DNA of 64,000 nucleotides, from assembly GCF_032444005.1 (NCBI RefSeq), contig NC_091291.1, positions 139,314,001 to 139,378,000 of the forward strand, given 5' to 3'. The stretch comes from Ranitomeya imitator (taxonomy: Eukaryota). This document shows, piece by piece, positions 36,721-50,076 of the stretch. The position numbers were made by a program, and so were the translations under genes. Numbering within the stretch: position 1 is the stretch's first letter; the number at the start of each line of letters is the position of its first letter. The notes under the pieces were generated by a model, which made no database searches, was not told where the DNA came from, and saw only the letters and a program-made list of their open reading frames with translations.

Positions 36721-37589
36721 CTTTGTGGCTGAGTTGCTGCGGCTCCTTCCACTTCTCAATAATATCACTCACAGGTGATGGGGGAGATTCAGGAAGAATT
36801 GTCATGGACGGACTTGTTACCACAGTATTACAGGACCGCGCTGCTATCAGTGAGCTCCGCACCACCCGCCATTATGTCATATTACTAAACGCAGATGGAA
36901 TGACGGGGGGCCGGGAGTTATACACCTGGGGGGTGATGGGAATGGATGCTGTGCAGACACGGTCATGTTAGGGTTAAAGTAGAAATGATGAATGGACGCA
37001 GGTAACACCCGGGGCAGACAGTGACCGTCCTGATCTCGGCTGTCTGCCAGGCGGTGAGACCAGTAATCACATATTAACCAACAGTCAGGATACTGTACAG
37101 AAGGGGGGGGGGGGTTAACCTCCCCGGTGTAACTCTTTGTGTTCCAAGAATTGACAATTTATTTTTTTTCAATATTACAATATTGATAGGATCAGGACAA
37201 TAAATGAAGAATCAATCATCCGATTTATTTAAAGTTCACAAAAAAGAAACAAATTACCAAATCCTCTGCTCTACAGCAGCAGGAGTCCAGCATTGTGATA
37301 CTGTAACAATATCGTGCAGTTATAGATGGGACCCGAAACACGGAGGCGTCTAATCCGGTAACACCGGCGCATCTCCATCAGAAGCAACGAAAGCACGAAG
37401 CGACCACAGCAACCTCACATGTAACTTCAGAGGAAGGAAATGAAGGGACCAATAGTGCGTCTACCGTACAGATAGCAATATAATCTACAGAAACAGCCGA
37501 GTCACCGAGTACACGCTTACATCCCTCCAGAGCTGCACTCACTGTTCTGCTGGTGAAGTCTGCATGTTTAGGCTGCAACCCAGGATCAG

Positions 37590-39020
37590 TAATGTAATGT
37601 ATGTACACAGTGACTGCACCAGCAGAATAGTGAGTGCAGCTCTGGGGTATAATACAGGACGTAACTCAGGATCAGTAATGTAATGTATGTACACAGTGAC
37701 TGCACCAGCAGAATAGTGAGTGCAGCTCTGGGGTATAATACAGGACGTAACTCAGGATCAGTAATGTAATGTATGTACACAGTGACTGCACCAGCAGAAT
37801 AGTGAGTGCAGCTCTGGGGTATAATACAGGATGCAACCCAGGATCAGTAATGTAATGTATGTACACAGTGACTGCACCAGCAGAATAGTGAGTGCAGCTC
37901 TGGGGTATAATACAGGACGTAACTCAGGATCAGTAATGTAATGTATGTACACAGTGACTGCACCAGCAGAATAGTGAGTGCAGCTCTGGGGTATAATACA
38001 GGACGTAACTCAGGATCAGTAATGTAATGTATGTACACAGTGACTGCACCAGCAGAATAGTGAGTGCAGCTCTGGGGTATAATACAGGACGTAACTCAGG
38101 ATCAGTAATGTAATGTATGTACACAGTGACTGCACCAGCAGAATAGTGAGTGCAGCTCTGGGGTATAATACAGGACGTAACTCAGGATCAGTAATGTAAT
38201 GTATGTACACAGTGACTGCACCAGCAGAATAGTGAGTGCAGCTCTGGGGTATATTACAGGATGTAACTCAGGATCAGTAATGTAATGTATGTACACAGTG
38301 ACTGCACCAGCAGAATAGTGAGTGCAGCTCTGGGGTATAATATAGGATGTAACTCAGGATCAGTAATGTAATGTATGTACACAGTGACTGCACCAGCAGA
38401 ATAGTGAGTGCAGCTCTGGGGTATAATACAGGATGTAACTCAGGATCAGTAATGTAATGTATGTACACAGTGACTGCACCAGCAGAATAGTGAGTGCAGC
38501 TCTGGGGTATAATATAGGATGTAACTCAGGATCAGTAATGTAATGTATGTACACAGTGATTGCACCAGCAGAATAGTGAGTGCAGCTCTGGGGTATAATA
38601 CAGGATGTAACTCAGGATCAGTAATGTATGTACACAGTGACTGCACCAGCAGAATAGTGAGTGCAGCTCTGCAGTATAATACAGGATGTAACTCGGGATC
38701 AGTAATGTAATGTATGTACACAGTGACTGCACCAGCAGAATAGTGAGAGCAGCTCTGGAGTATAATACAGGATGTAACTCAGGATCAGTAATGTAATGTA
38801 TGTACACAGTGACTGCACCAGCAGAATAGTGAGTGCAGCTCTGGAGTATAATACAGGATGTAACTCAGGATCAGTAATGTAATGTATGTACACAGTGACT
38901 GCACCAGCAGAATAGTGAGTGCAGCTCTGGGGTATAATACAGGATGTAACTCAGGATCAGTAATGTATGTACACAGTGACTGCACCAGCAGAATAGTGAG
39001 TGCAGCTCTGCAGTATAATA
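37590..39020. repeat. 86-bp tandem array, about 16 copies, downstream of the NMNAT1 stop
   Basis: Unit GGATCAGTAATGTAATGTATGTACACAGTGACTGCACCAGCAGAATAGTGAGTGCAGCTCTGGGGTATAATACAGGACGTAACTCA. The ORF track repeats every 86 nt. Confidence 0.96.
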
Positions 39021-39455
39021 CAGCAGTGACAATATTTGATGTAGATCATATTTATATGTATCCTGTACAGTAGATGGTGGTCAGATACTTAAAATCTAGC
39101 ACAGATTTTAGCGTTCTCCAACCCCAAAATGGTGTAACCTTCCCCCTGACAGGAGCCTCCCCCGGGGTCACATGCTGTTACATTTGTGAGGACCTTTATG
39201 TGGCTTATACAGAGATGTCCATCAGTTCCTGGTAGCTCCGTGTGGCCACGTCTCGCCTTTTATCCAGCTATGGAGGGGGCTGGTTTGACCTCTAGGAGCA
39301 GATGGGCTCTTTCTATCATCTGTCTGGGGGCACCAGAACCAGGCAGCCGTGACGTAAAAGAAGCTCAAACCCTAAATCACTGACATTAAATAATTGTTTC
39401 CACTATGCGACCATCTTGTTGGCGCCTCCCAAGCGTTGCGGCAGTGACGGGTCCA

Positions 39456-39856
39456 TCATTGCTGCGGAGTGGTGGAGTTTCTTAGGAAGGGCTCTAGGAT
39501 GAGGTCGGAGTTCTTCCCCTCGCTTTCCTCGCTGTACAGGTCGTGTTCCTTGATGTAGTCCAGGACGGCATCGGGCACCAGGTACCGCACGCTCATGCCC
39601 CGCCGCAGGGCTCGGCGCACCTTGGTGGAGGAGATGTCGTTGGTGATCCACTCCTGCACCAGGTGGATATTGTCCCGGTGCTTCCACAGGACATCGGACT
39701 CGTAGATGAACTTGCTGGCGTCGCTGCCCATCCGGGTGATGCAGACCAGACCGAACGACGACACAATTTCTACAACGTGCTCCGGTTTCCAAAGGTTCGG
39801 GACCCCGAGAGACTCCAACATGTCGGCTCCACAAAGAAGCTTAACCCGAGGAGGCG
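39456..39856 (-). CDS. nmnat1: NMNAT1 last coding exon (401 nt)
   Basis: [16 protein letters not shown]...[27 protein letters not shown], containing the ISSTxxR motif. TTTCAG acceptor. Confidence 0.96.
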
Positions 39857-40057
39857 CTGAAAGTAAGAGAAGACAGTAACACCGGCAGCATCAGATCTGA
39901 TGGGGGTGTAGTGTATTATCTGTACAGAGTCACACAATGATATTATAGTTGGAGCATGCTGGGGGTTGTAGTGCTCTGTGCATACACTATAACTGGACTG
40001 TGTCGGTCATATTATAATCCATGTAATGTGTGACTCCGGTCCGTGCACGGCGCGTAC

Positions 40058-40194
40058 CTCTACCCTCCGGACAGTGATAGTCGGGGACATCTTCTCTGAC
40101 GTTATTTCTCTTCCTCTTCTGACCCTTTCTGTGCCCCGGTTTCTTCTCCATCGCTCCAGTGTGACCAGTACAAGTCTGCAGCCGCTGGTAATGT
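40058..40194 (-). CDS. nmnat1: NMNAT1 third coding exon (137 nt), carrying the nuclear localisation signal
   Basis: HYQRLQTCTGHTGAMEKKPGHRKGQKRKRNNVREDVPDYHCPEGR. CACCAG acceptor and GTACGC donor; phases fit both neighbours. Confidence 0.9.
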
Positions 40195-40223
40195 CTGGTG
40201 AGGACAAAGAGTAACACGTTTCT

Positions 40224-40225
<2 letters not shown>

Positions 40226-40309
<84 letters not shown>

Positions 40310-42822
40310 GGGATTGGCATCTGCACCGTCGCAGCCACAGCCACAAAATTTTGCACAGTCACACGTCTGGACCCTGAGAGCGTCATAGGCTATGTTGTGA
40401 GGCGAAATTTTAACCCCGCGCGTTCCAATTCACCAAACAATTTTGCCCCTATCTACATAATGGGGAAAAAGTGAAAGGAAAAGTGTTGGAGGCAAATTGA
40501 CAGCTGCCAGATGTGAACAAGGAGGACTTAAAGAATGAGAGCGATGGCGCCAAAGAGTATATACCGTACAGTTGCTTAAGTGGGGCCCCGACATGGGATA
40601 CTCACCACACACACACAAAATGCGCCACACACTACCACGTGCTTCAACACATATACCACCCTCAGCACACATTTCACCACACATACACCAACCTCGCCAC
40701 ATAAGTCGAAACACAAAAGTCGCCGCCCAAAACTCGCCACGCGCAAAATTCGCCACATGCAAGACTAGGCTCACGTAAAACTTGCACACGTGGAAAAATT
40801 GCCACATGCACAAAAGTTACAACACATGCAAAAGTTGCCTCACACAAAACTTGCACATACTCAAAACGCACCACACATAAAACTCGCCACGCGCAAAACT
40901 CGCCATGCACAAAACTTGCTGCACACAACTTGCTACACTAACCTGTCACATGCAACTCGACACACAAAAAGTTGCCACACGCATGTTGCCACACAAAACT
41001 CATCTCACAAAAGTCGCTACATGCATGTCGCCACACACAACTCAACACACACAACTTGACACATGAAACTCGCCCTAAAACACACAAAAGCCTGGTATTA
41101 TTCTTCAAAAATAAAAATCTGATTAATAAGCAGACAAACTACAAGAGCAACAAATGTACCATATAGGAAATACGGCAGCTGTCAGTCACATGACCTGTCT
41201 ATTATGTGTATGTGTGAGCTAATATATACTGCCAGGGGGAGGGCTTCCTGTTGGCTGGGGATTTATCAGGCTGCCAATTTATCTTACAAATACTGAGGTA
41301 AAAATACTGAGCAAATAACGTGTGAACACGGTCTAATACAGGAGGAGATGACATACAGGTACATACTATATACAGGGAAGATGACACAGGTATATATTAT
41401 ATACAGGAGGAGATGACATACAGGTATATACTATACACAGGAGATGACACACAGGTATATACTATATACAGGAGAGATGACACAGGTATATACTATATAC
41501 AGGGGAGATGACACAGGTATATACTATATACAGGAGATGACACAGGTATATACTATATACAGAAGGAGATGACAAACAGGTATATACTATATACAGAAGG
41601 AGATGACAAACAGGTATATACTATATACAAGAGGAGATGACACACAGGCATATACTATATACAGGAGGAGATGACACACTGGTATATACTATATATAGGA
41701 GGAAATGACACACAGGTATATACTATATACAGGAGGAGAGGACATACAGGCACATACTATATACAGGGGAGATGACAGGTATATACTATATACAGAGGAG
41801 ATGACAGAGGTATATACTATATACAGGAGATGACATACAGGTATATACTATATACAAGAGGAGATGACACACAGGTATATACTATACAGGAGGAGATGAC
41901 ACACGTATATACTATATACAGGAGGAGATGACATACAGGTATATACTATATATGGGAGGAGATGACATACAGGTATATACTATATACAGGAGGAGATGAC
42001 ACACGTATATACTATATACAGGAAATGACATACAGGTATATACTATATACAGGAGATGACATACAGGTATATACTATATACAAGAGGAGATGACACACAG
42101 GTATATACTATACAGGAGGAGATGACACACGTATATACTATATACAGGAGGAGATGACATACAGGTATATACTATATATGGGAGGAGATGACATACAGGT
42201 ATATACTATATACAGGAGGAGATGACACACGTATATACTATATACAGGAAATGACATACAGGTATATACTATATACAGGAGATGACATACAGGTATATAC
42301 TATACACAGAAGAGATGACATACAGGTATAGACTATACAGGAGGAGATGACACATAGGTATATACAATATACAGGAGAAGATGACACAGGTATATACTAT
42401 ATACAGGAGGAGATGACACAGGTATATACTATTTACAGGGGAGATGACATACAGGATGTATACTATATACAGGGGAGATGACATACAGGTATATACTATA
42501 TACAGGAGATGACACAGGTGTATACTATATATAAGGGAGATGACAAACATGTATATACTGAGGGGAAAATGAGAAGTGTGAGGTGAAAATGAAAAGGTGT
42601 GAGTGCAAAATGAGAGGAGTGAGGGAAAATAGTGGAGTGATCGGAAAATGACAGATGTGAGGTCGAAATGACAAGTGTTAGGGGGGAATGAGAGGAGTGA
42701 GGGGGAAAATGAGAGATGTGAGGGGGAAAATGAAAGATGTGGGGGGAAAATGAGAGGCGTGGGGGGAAAAATCAGAGAAGTGAGATGCTATAACTAACCA
42801 CAGATATTTACTATGCCCAGGC
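40226..42822 (+). mobile_element. Helitron-like non-autonomous element with a (TG)n head and internal tandem repeats, in an NMNAT1 intron; 3' end lost in the gap at 42823-42979
   Basis: (TG)n at 40226-40307, an internal ATATACTATATACAGGAGGAGATGACACACAGGT array at about 41340-42560, and GA-rich repeats. It ends in ACTATGCCCAGGC at the gap, which could be the start of a 3' hairpin. Family assignment is from memory only. Confidence 0.45.
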
Positions 42823-43005
42823 NNNNNNNNNNNNNNNNNNNNNNNNNNNNNNNNNNNNNNNNNNNNNNNNNNNNNNNNNNNNNNNNNNNNNNNNNNNNNN
42901 NNNNNNNNNNNNNNNNNNNNNNNNNNNNNNNNNNNNNNNNNNNNNNNNNNNNNNNNNNNNNNNNNNNNNNNNNNNNNNNGCTCCGTGCCCCCTTCTCATC
43001 TTTAC

Positions 43006-43189
43006 CTTAATGCTAGAGCGGTCTCCGTCCATTCCTTCTTTAAACATTCCCAGGGGTCCACCTCTATCCAGTCACAATTTTCAGTAGCCAGCTGTGCCAT
43101 GGCCAGACGATGAGACCCCTCAACAAGCCCCCTCTTCTTATACCCATCACTCACTGGAGAGATAATACCTTTCACAACCTTGTATTTTC
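43006..43189 (-). CDS. nmnat1: NMNAT1 second coding exon (184 nt)
   Basis: [62 protein letters not shown] between TTTGCAG and GTAAAG. Confidence 0.96.
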
Positions 43190-43235
43190 CTGCAAAAAAA
43201 GAAAAAAAAACATTAAAGTATTTATCCTGAGTTTT

Positions 43236-44067
<832 letters not shown>

Positions 44068-44805
44068 TTACACAGGCGCCTTCCTGCGCAGCAGTTGCCT
44101 TGTCTACTTGATGCGCAGGGAACCGCAGCAGAGACCACTGAAGTGAATGGGCCTCTGTTATTGTTCTCTGCCGGAAGCCCCATAGGGGGACTCTGAAAAG
44201 GAACCACAGATATTAGAGGGTTCCTCCACACTTGCCCAGGAATTAGCGACTGATGTGGCCACATCTTCATTCTCATGGGTCATTTCAGACCCTCGTTCTG
44301 GGGATCAATGGGGTCCCAGAGGTCGGATACGTCGCCAAGTTGGAGAATAACCTTTTAATGATTGCTGCAGTCTACGGAGGCTGAGAAATGGTGGGCACCC
44401 CCTCCCCCACCGAACAGCAAGAGATGGCAGACCCCTGAAATCAGGGGATGGAGAACCCCTTTAAGAATTGAATAAATCCATATTTGCAGCGATACCTTCA
44501 TTCTGTCCTAATTTTTTTTCTTGTCCATTCACTCAGAGACCCGGGAAAGCAAGGACCAGGCAGAGAAATGGTTAACCTTTGTCATGTCATAATCAGGGTG
44601 TTGTAATCCGGTCTGCGTTATTACGCCAGGCACTGTACATGTATTCACACTGACCCCTGCACACATCGCACTTGGGAAAGCAAAAATGGGGCTAGAGGTG
44701 AGAAGAGATCCAGACGGCGGCCAAAACCGCGCCATGATTTCATTACAGCCGGACGAGCGAAAGCAGCGCACGGGATCATGTGGCCTCCGATGTACAAGGA
44801 TCAAA

Positions 44806-44970
44806 GATTATTATTATTATACATTTTTTATAGCGCCATTTATTCCATGGCGCTTTACATGTGAATACGGGGCAAATATAGACAATTACATTAAACATGA
44901 GCAGATAACAGGCACACGAGTACATAAGGAGGGAGGACCCTGCCCACGAGGGCTCACAGTCTGCAGGGGG
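44806..44970 (-). mobile_element. Short L2-clade LINE 3' fragment
   Basis: Near-identical to the tail end of the copy at 45616-45988 and begins with (TTA)n. Confidence 0.7.
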
Positions 44971-45271
44971 ACCCATGTCTCTGCGTCTGGCTAACAGCAC
45001 TGGCTGTACATGGACGGGGCGGTTTTAGCTCCCATGCTCGGCTTGGCCACCTCTCTGTCCATTTTGGGCTTTTTCATTACCCTGATAGGCAAAATATAAG
45101 GTGTCCTGGTAATAGGAGCTGCAGCGATCATCTGTGACCTGTGGAGGAACTCAGAAGTGTGCAAGTGCTCTGCAGCGCCTCCGCAGGGGGGAGGAAGCAT
45201 TGCACAGCTCCCATGTGATACATTGCCAGACTGGGTTCTCCAGAGGAGGATGTGACACAAAGGACAGACAG

Positions 45272-46066
45272 CGTTACAGGAGCATATACTACAGGAGCAT
45301 ATACTACAGCATGCGCATATACAGGAGCATATACTACAGTATGAGCACATACAGAAACATATACTACAGTATGTGCATATACAGGAGCATATACTACAGT
45401 ATACTCATATACAGGAGCATATACTACGGTATGCGCACATACAGGAGCATATACTACAGGAGCATATACTACAGCATGCGCATATACAGGAGCATATACT
45501 ACAGCATGCGCATATACAGGAGCATATACTACAGCATGCGCATATACAGGAGCATACACTACACTATACTCATATACAGGAGCATATACTACGGTATGCG
45601 CATATACTAGAGCATATTATTATTATTATTATTATTATTATACATTTTTATAGCGCCATTTATTCCATGGCGCTTTACATGTGAATACGAGGCAAATATA
45701 GACAAATACATTAAACATGAGCAGATAACAGGCACACGGGTACATAAGGAGGGAGGACCCTGCCCGCGAGGGCTCACAGTCTGCAGGGGATGGGTGATGA
45801 TACACTAGGAGAGGGTAGGGCAGGTTGCGCGGCGGTTCAGCAACTTCAGGATCACTGCAGGCTGTAGGCTTGTCGGAAGAGGTGGGTCTTCAGGTTCTTT
45901 TTGAAGGTTTCTATGGTAGGCGAGAGTCTGATGTGTTGGGGTAGAGAGTTCCAGAGTATGGGGCAAGCACGGAAGAAGTCTTGGATGCATATACTAAGGT
46001 ATGCGCATATAAATGAGCACACACTACAGTATGAGAATATACAGGAGCATATACTACAGTGTGCGC

Positions 46067-46097
<31 letters not shown>

Positions 46098-46140
46098 TAC
46101 ATATACTACAGTATGTGCATATACAGGAGCACCCACTACA
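45272..46140. repeat. About 30-bp GCATATACTACAG...CATATACAGGA minisatellite, split by the L2 fragment
   Basis: Units occur at 45272-45615 and 45988-46140 on both sides of the insertion. Confidence 0.8.
45616..45988 (-). mobile_element. L2-clade LINE 3' fragment
   Basis: The minus strand encodes ACPILWNSLPQHIRLSPTIETFKKNLKTHLFRQAY*, typical of an L2 ORF2 C-terminus, then a 3' UTR and (TAA)n tail. Confidence 0.85.
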
Positions 46141-47434
46141 TATAGTCTTGAGTGAAAACCTATGTTTACAGCCCCTAAGAAGAGCAATGTGTCTCCAAGA
46201 GGACCGACTACAAAGTTGAGGCTTTGGCTTCTTGCTAATCTGCAGACAGTAGAAAAGAGGCAGATGGACCCGTCAGCATTCTCCTCTGCCTCCCCCTTAC
46301 ACATGGATGTGTTTTCAAGAAGAAAAGTGGGGTATCTCCCCTCCGACATTGGAGGAGAGTCGGGAGCCCCCATAACCACTGGATGGGCAATATATCTGTA
46401 AGCCTTATGGCCACTTATACACACGACTGCACGATCAGATTCTAACCACCGTTGCACCAGGATTGTACATTTGTATAAGACATGATATAAAATAAATATT
46501 AAAGGAAAACTCCGCTTCCAGTTGACAAAATTCTGTAAAGGGCAACAAAGGAAATGTGAAAGGCGGCAACGTATAAAAGAGGAGAAACAGCGTAAAATCC
46601 AAAGAGTTGGCGACATTCACTCACCCTGTGCTCGCTGTGATCTCCTCGTACTGGCGTCACCCTGAGCAGGTATTACCAGGCCCCTGATCGGCGTTCGCCT
46701 CTGGTGACTACACCGCCAGGTGCAGACATTACTGGGGTCTCTACGTCTGCACCTGGACAGTCGGGGGCACAGGGCTAAAATTATTTTGGATAAACCCAAC
46801 ATAAGAAGCCGGGAGGATGGATCACCCCAAATCCGCGGTGCTATATCCCATCACTGATAAAATAAAGGGGAGAAATCGGCAAATGATACAAAAGCAAAGA
46901 AAACAATAACATAAAATGAATGAAACAAAGCATAAGGTGCAGCGTCTGGATCACGACGCAAGGGTGAGGTGGGGGCTTATATGTCTGTATTCAATGGGTG
47001 AGCCGTAATGTGGAATAATAGATAGATGATAAGAGATAGGTAATTGATAGAGAGATAATAAATGTTAGACGATAATAGATAAATAGATAATAAATAGATA
47101 ATTCCCTCCTTAAATCGGTCACTCTCGTTACAACAAAATTTGCAAAAATTTATAGAACAAAGGAATATAAAAAAACTAGAAATAAATCTTATGAGAGAAT
47201 TCTGCTTCTATATCCACTTATGAGCCACTTCTCCAGCTGAACTCATAATTCACCCTAAAATCTGTCCTGCAAAAACAGACTGTCAACTCACTGAGAGATC
47301 AGATTACAGCTGTCCAATGAAGCTTTTGGAAACAGAGAGTAGATAAACAGAGGCACAGGCAGATCCATGCAACAGACTTATATTGTGCAGTGCTGGATTC
47401 ACAGCTTCACTGTTTAGTCCTGCAGCATAATGGC

Positions 47435-47900
47435 CTCCGTTCTGCTGCTGTCTAGTAAGTGTTTTATCTTACCCTAGACCTGGATTTACAACTACAATGC
47501 TTAATACTTAAGTATGCCCTCCATGCTGCTGCTGTCTAGTGTTTTATCTTACCCTAGACCTACGGCTACACTGCTTAGTATTTAAGTATGCCCTCCATGC
47601 TGCTGCTGTCCAGCGTTTTATCTTACCCTAGACCTACAGCTACACTGCTTAGTACTTCAGTATGCCATAAATGCTGCTGCTGTCTAGTAAGTGTCTTATC
47701 TCACCCCAGCTCTGGATTTATAGCTACACTGCAGTATGTCCTCTATGCTGCTGCTGTCTAGTAAGTGTTTTATCTTACCCTAGACCTGGGTTTACAGCTG
47801 CACTGCTTAGTGCTGCAATATGTTCTCCATGCTGCCGCTATCTAGTAAGTACTTTATCTCATTCCAGAGCTGGATTTACAGCTACACTGCTCAGTACTGT
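47435..47900. repeat. Degenerate tandem repeat of about 65-80 bp
   Basis: Recurrent ATGCTGCTGCTGTCTAG(TAAG)TGTTTTATCTTACCCTAGACCT...GCTACACTGC. Confidence 0.8.
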
Positions 47901-48758
47901 ATTATAATGTACTCCATGCTGCTGCTTCTGAACATGCTACAAAGAGACAGGGGAGCAATAATTCCCCTTTTCTTTGTGTGTTGTGTATAGGAAACAAAGA
48001 GGCTAGTCTACTCCCACAGGCTTAAAGAGAACTGAAAATTTCAGAAAGAAGCTACAGATGGGACAACGTGTTAAAATGTTAAGATGCATGTGATGTATTG
48101 ACTCATGCACACACATGCCAGTTTATTTTGAAAAGAGACCAGTCAGGGGGTTATACATGGCAGATCATAGAGTGGAAAGAGTGAAAAAGCATCTACAGTC
48201 TCAGGGAGGGTGGAGAAAACAGGATGACAATTTGGAGGTAAGCACATGTAGGTAAAGCATTTCAGAAATAAAGTTGTGCTGATACATAAAAACTAATGAA
48301 GGTAGCAATATCCAGGATATATTACTGAGAGGGGCATGGTCACAAGTGAAAAGTCCGAACCAGCGAGAAGACTGCAAACTGGAATCAGGAGGTCTGAAAA
48401 TGAATGATAATTGCAGAATGAAACTTAGTACCTAATAACATATGTAACAATCATTTTCTCTACATTCTAATTACTGAAAATAATGAAAATGTCCCCACCT
48501 ATGACCAGCCCCCTCCACAGAGTCCACGCATGTGTACAGCAGAGGGCGCTGCCCGCACAGTATCACAGACTGGAGAATGGTCCCAGTGTGCGGCCGGCAG
48601 ATGCCCACACATCACATAGCTCCGCTGAATACTTTTGTCTGCATCCAACCAACTGTATGAACCATTGAGATGCTAATCCGTCCCAGGCCGCTCCCTTCCC
48701 CCCCTTTCACAGATGCCACGCTGCCCCGTGCCACTATTGTCCTGTAGCTGCATCCGCC

Positions 48759-48881
48759 ATGCTCCTTTGGGTGGCTCAGTCTCTGGCTATCACAGTGATG
48801 GTCTGTGTCATAGTCACTAACTGGCTCGTGGTGAAGAGTGCCGAGGTCCTGCACGGCGTCATCCGCAAGCTCCACCGGTAA
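48759..48881 (+). CDS. Candidate 40-aa single-pass membrane micropeptide, or the terminal exon of an unresolved gene
   Basis: tccgccATG, then MLLWVAQSLAITVMVCVIVTNWLVVKSAEVLHGVIRKLHR*. 30 of the 39 codons after the ATG end in G or C. Strong upstream acceptor CCCCCTTTCACAG at 48712. Confidence 0.5.
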   Translation: MLLWVAQSLAITVMVCVIVTNWLVVKSAEVLHGVIRKLHR

Positions 48882-49364
48882 CGGAGACTGGAGTCCGGCG
48901 CAATGGTGAAGAATTAACCCATGCGACACCAGAAGCAAAGTTGGCATCCTGTTTCCAAAAAGACAAATCTTGGGTCATAAGGCCGAAGTGACAAGTGCAG
49001 AAGTGGCGCAGAAAAGAAGAAAACCGAACAAAACTGGCAAAAGAATTAAAAAAAGAAATGTTGGTTTATGAAGGTGGGTACGAGGCGACATCGCGCATGT
49101 TCCCGGAAATTCCTCTGGAAAACGTAAGGTGAAATTGTGCAACTTTCTCATTAAGGCCGGAGACACACTAACATTTGTAAAATCGCTCCGATGTTGTTCC
49201 CGAAAAGTCAGACGAGTGTCATGCGACCTTCGTGCAAGTACAATGCGATTTTCATCACCTAGCATCCGAAAGAAATGTGACTACAATGCGATTTTAACAT
49301 TAGCGTTTACAAAGAGTAATTATCTGTCATATAAAGTTTTAAAAGGAAATATTCTCCAATACAT

Positions 49365-49520
49365 ATATAGGAGTTTCTCACCAAAATTAGAATATCATCA
49401 AAAAGTGAATTTATTTCAGTTCTTCAATACAAAAAGTGAACCTCATATATTATATAGAGTCATTACAGACAGAGTGAACTATTTCACGTGTTTATTTCTG
49501 TTAATGTTGATGATTATGGG
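49365..49520. mobile_element. Tc1-like terminal fragment
   Basis: TTCTCACCAAAATTAGAATATCATCAAAAAG... resembles an amphibian Tc1 end as I recall it. Confidence 0.55.
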
Positions 49521-49829
49521 CGGATAGTATTGGGGTTGATGTCGGCTTTGTATTGGCAGCTGAAATCAAGCCCAGGGGTTAATAATGGAGAGGCGTCATT
49601 TGGTCAGTACCGGACACCAGTATTGTAGCCAAAACCAGGAGTGGAACAATCAGAGGAAAAGTAGAAACTTGTCACCGCTTCTGTATTTATCACGCACTGC
49701 TGGCTTTGGTTACAAATACAGATATAAAATCCTGACTGTGTGAACACGGCCTTCAGAGTCTCCTCTGCAGCGTAGGAGGAGAGCAGTACAGCGGGCACAG
49801 AATGAGCCGGGAGCCGCGTTACATTATTC

Positions 49830-49930
49830 ATGGCTGAGGATCAGGTGACAGACGACATGATCCACTACTTTCTAGCCCACGTCTCCCATCACCTCGGCCG
49901 CTGGTTACCCCGAACCCACAAATCCAGATT
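49830..49930 (+). CDS. Nested four-TM protein gene (TMEM274-like by position), coding exon 1
   Basis: MAEDQVTDDMIHYFLAHVSHHLGRWLPRTHKSR(L), then a GTAAGT donor in phase 2. A second in-frame ATG lies at 49857. Confidence 0.78.
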
Positions 49931-50013
49931 GTAAGTGCGCCCCCTATCTGCTACACGAGCAGCGACCCGCCATGATGGTCCCTAATCTCTCCTGTCTTCT
50001 CCCTTTTCTCCAG

Positions 50014-50076
50014 GCTGGTGACCGTGGCATCCTCGGGGGTCGCCCTGACCATCCCGCAGCTGTATGTTCTGCTCAG
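50014..50076 (+). CDS. Nested four-TM protein gene, coding exon 2 (TM1)
   Basis: Long pyrimidine tract plus CAG, LVTVASSGVALTIPQLYVLL, GTCAGT donor; phase 2 to phase 2. Confidence 0.82.

Noticed and set aside
37590-39020. Regularly spaced repeats resembling a CRISPR array
   Set aside because: Head-to-tail units with no unique spacers, in eukaryotic DNA.
46172-46397. Middle exon that would link 45088 (GC donor) to 48713 into a 165-aa ORF with matching phases
   Set aside because: It needs a weak GC donor, is hydrophilic with no codon bias, and its 3' half resembles a common MITE. Probably coincidental.
48612-48947. 111-aa minus-strand ORF (MPTLLLVSHG...)
   Set aside because: Best explained as the antisense shadow of the GC3-rich plus-strand small ORF.
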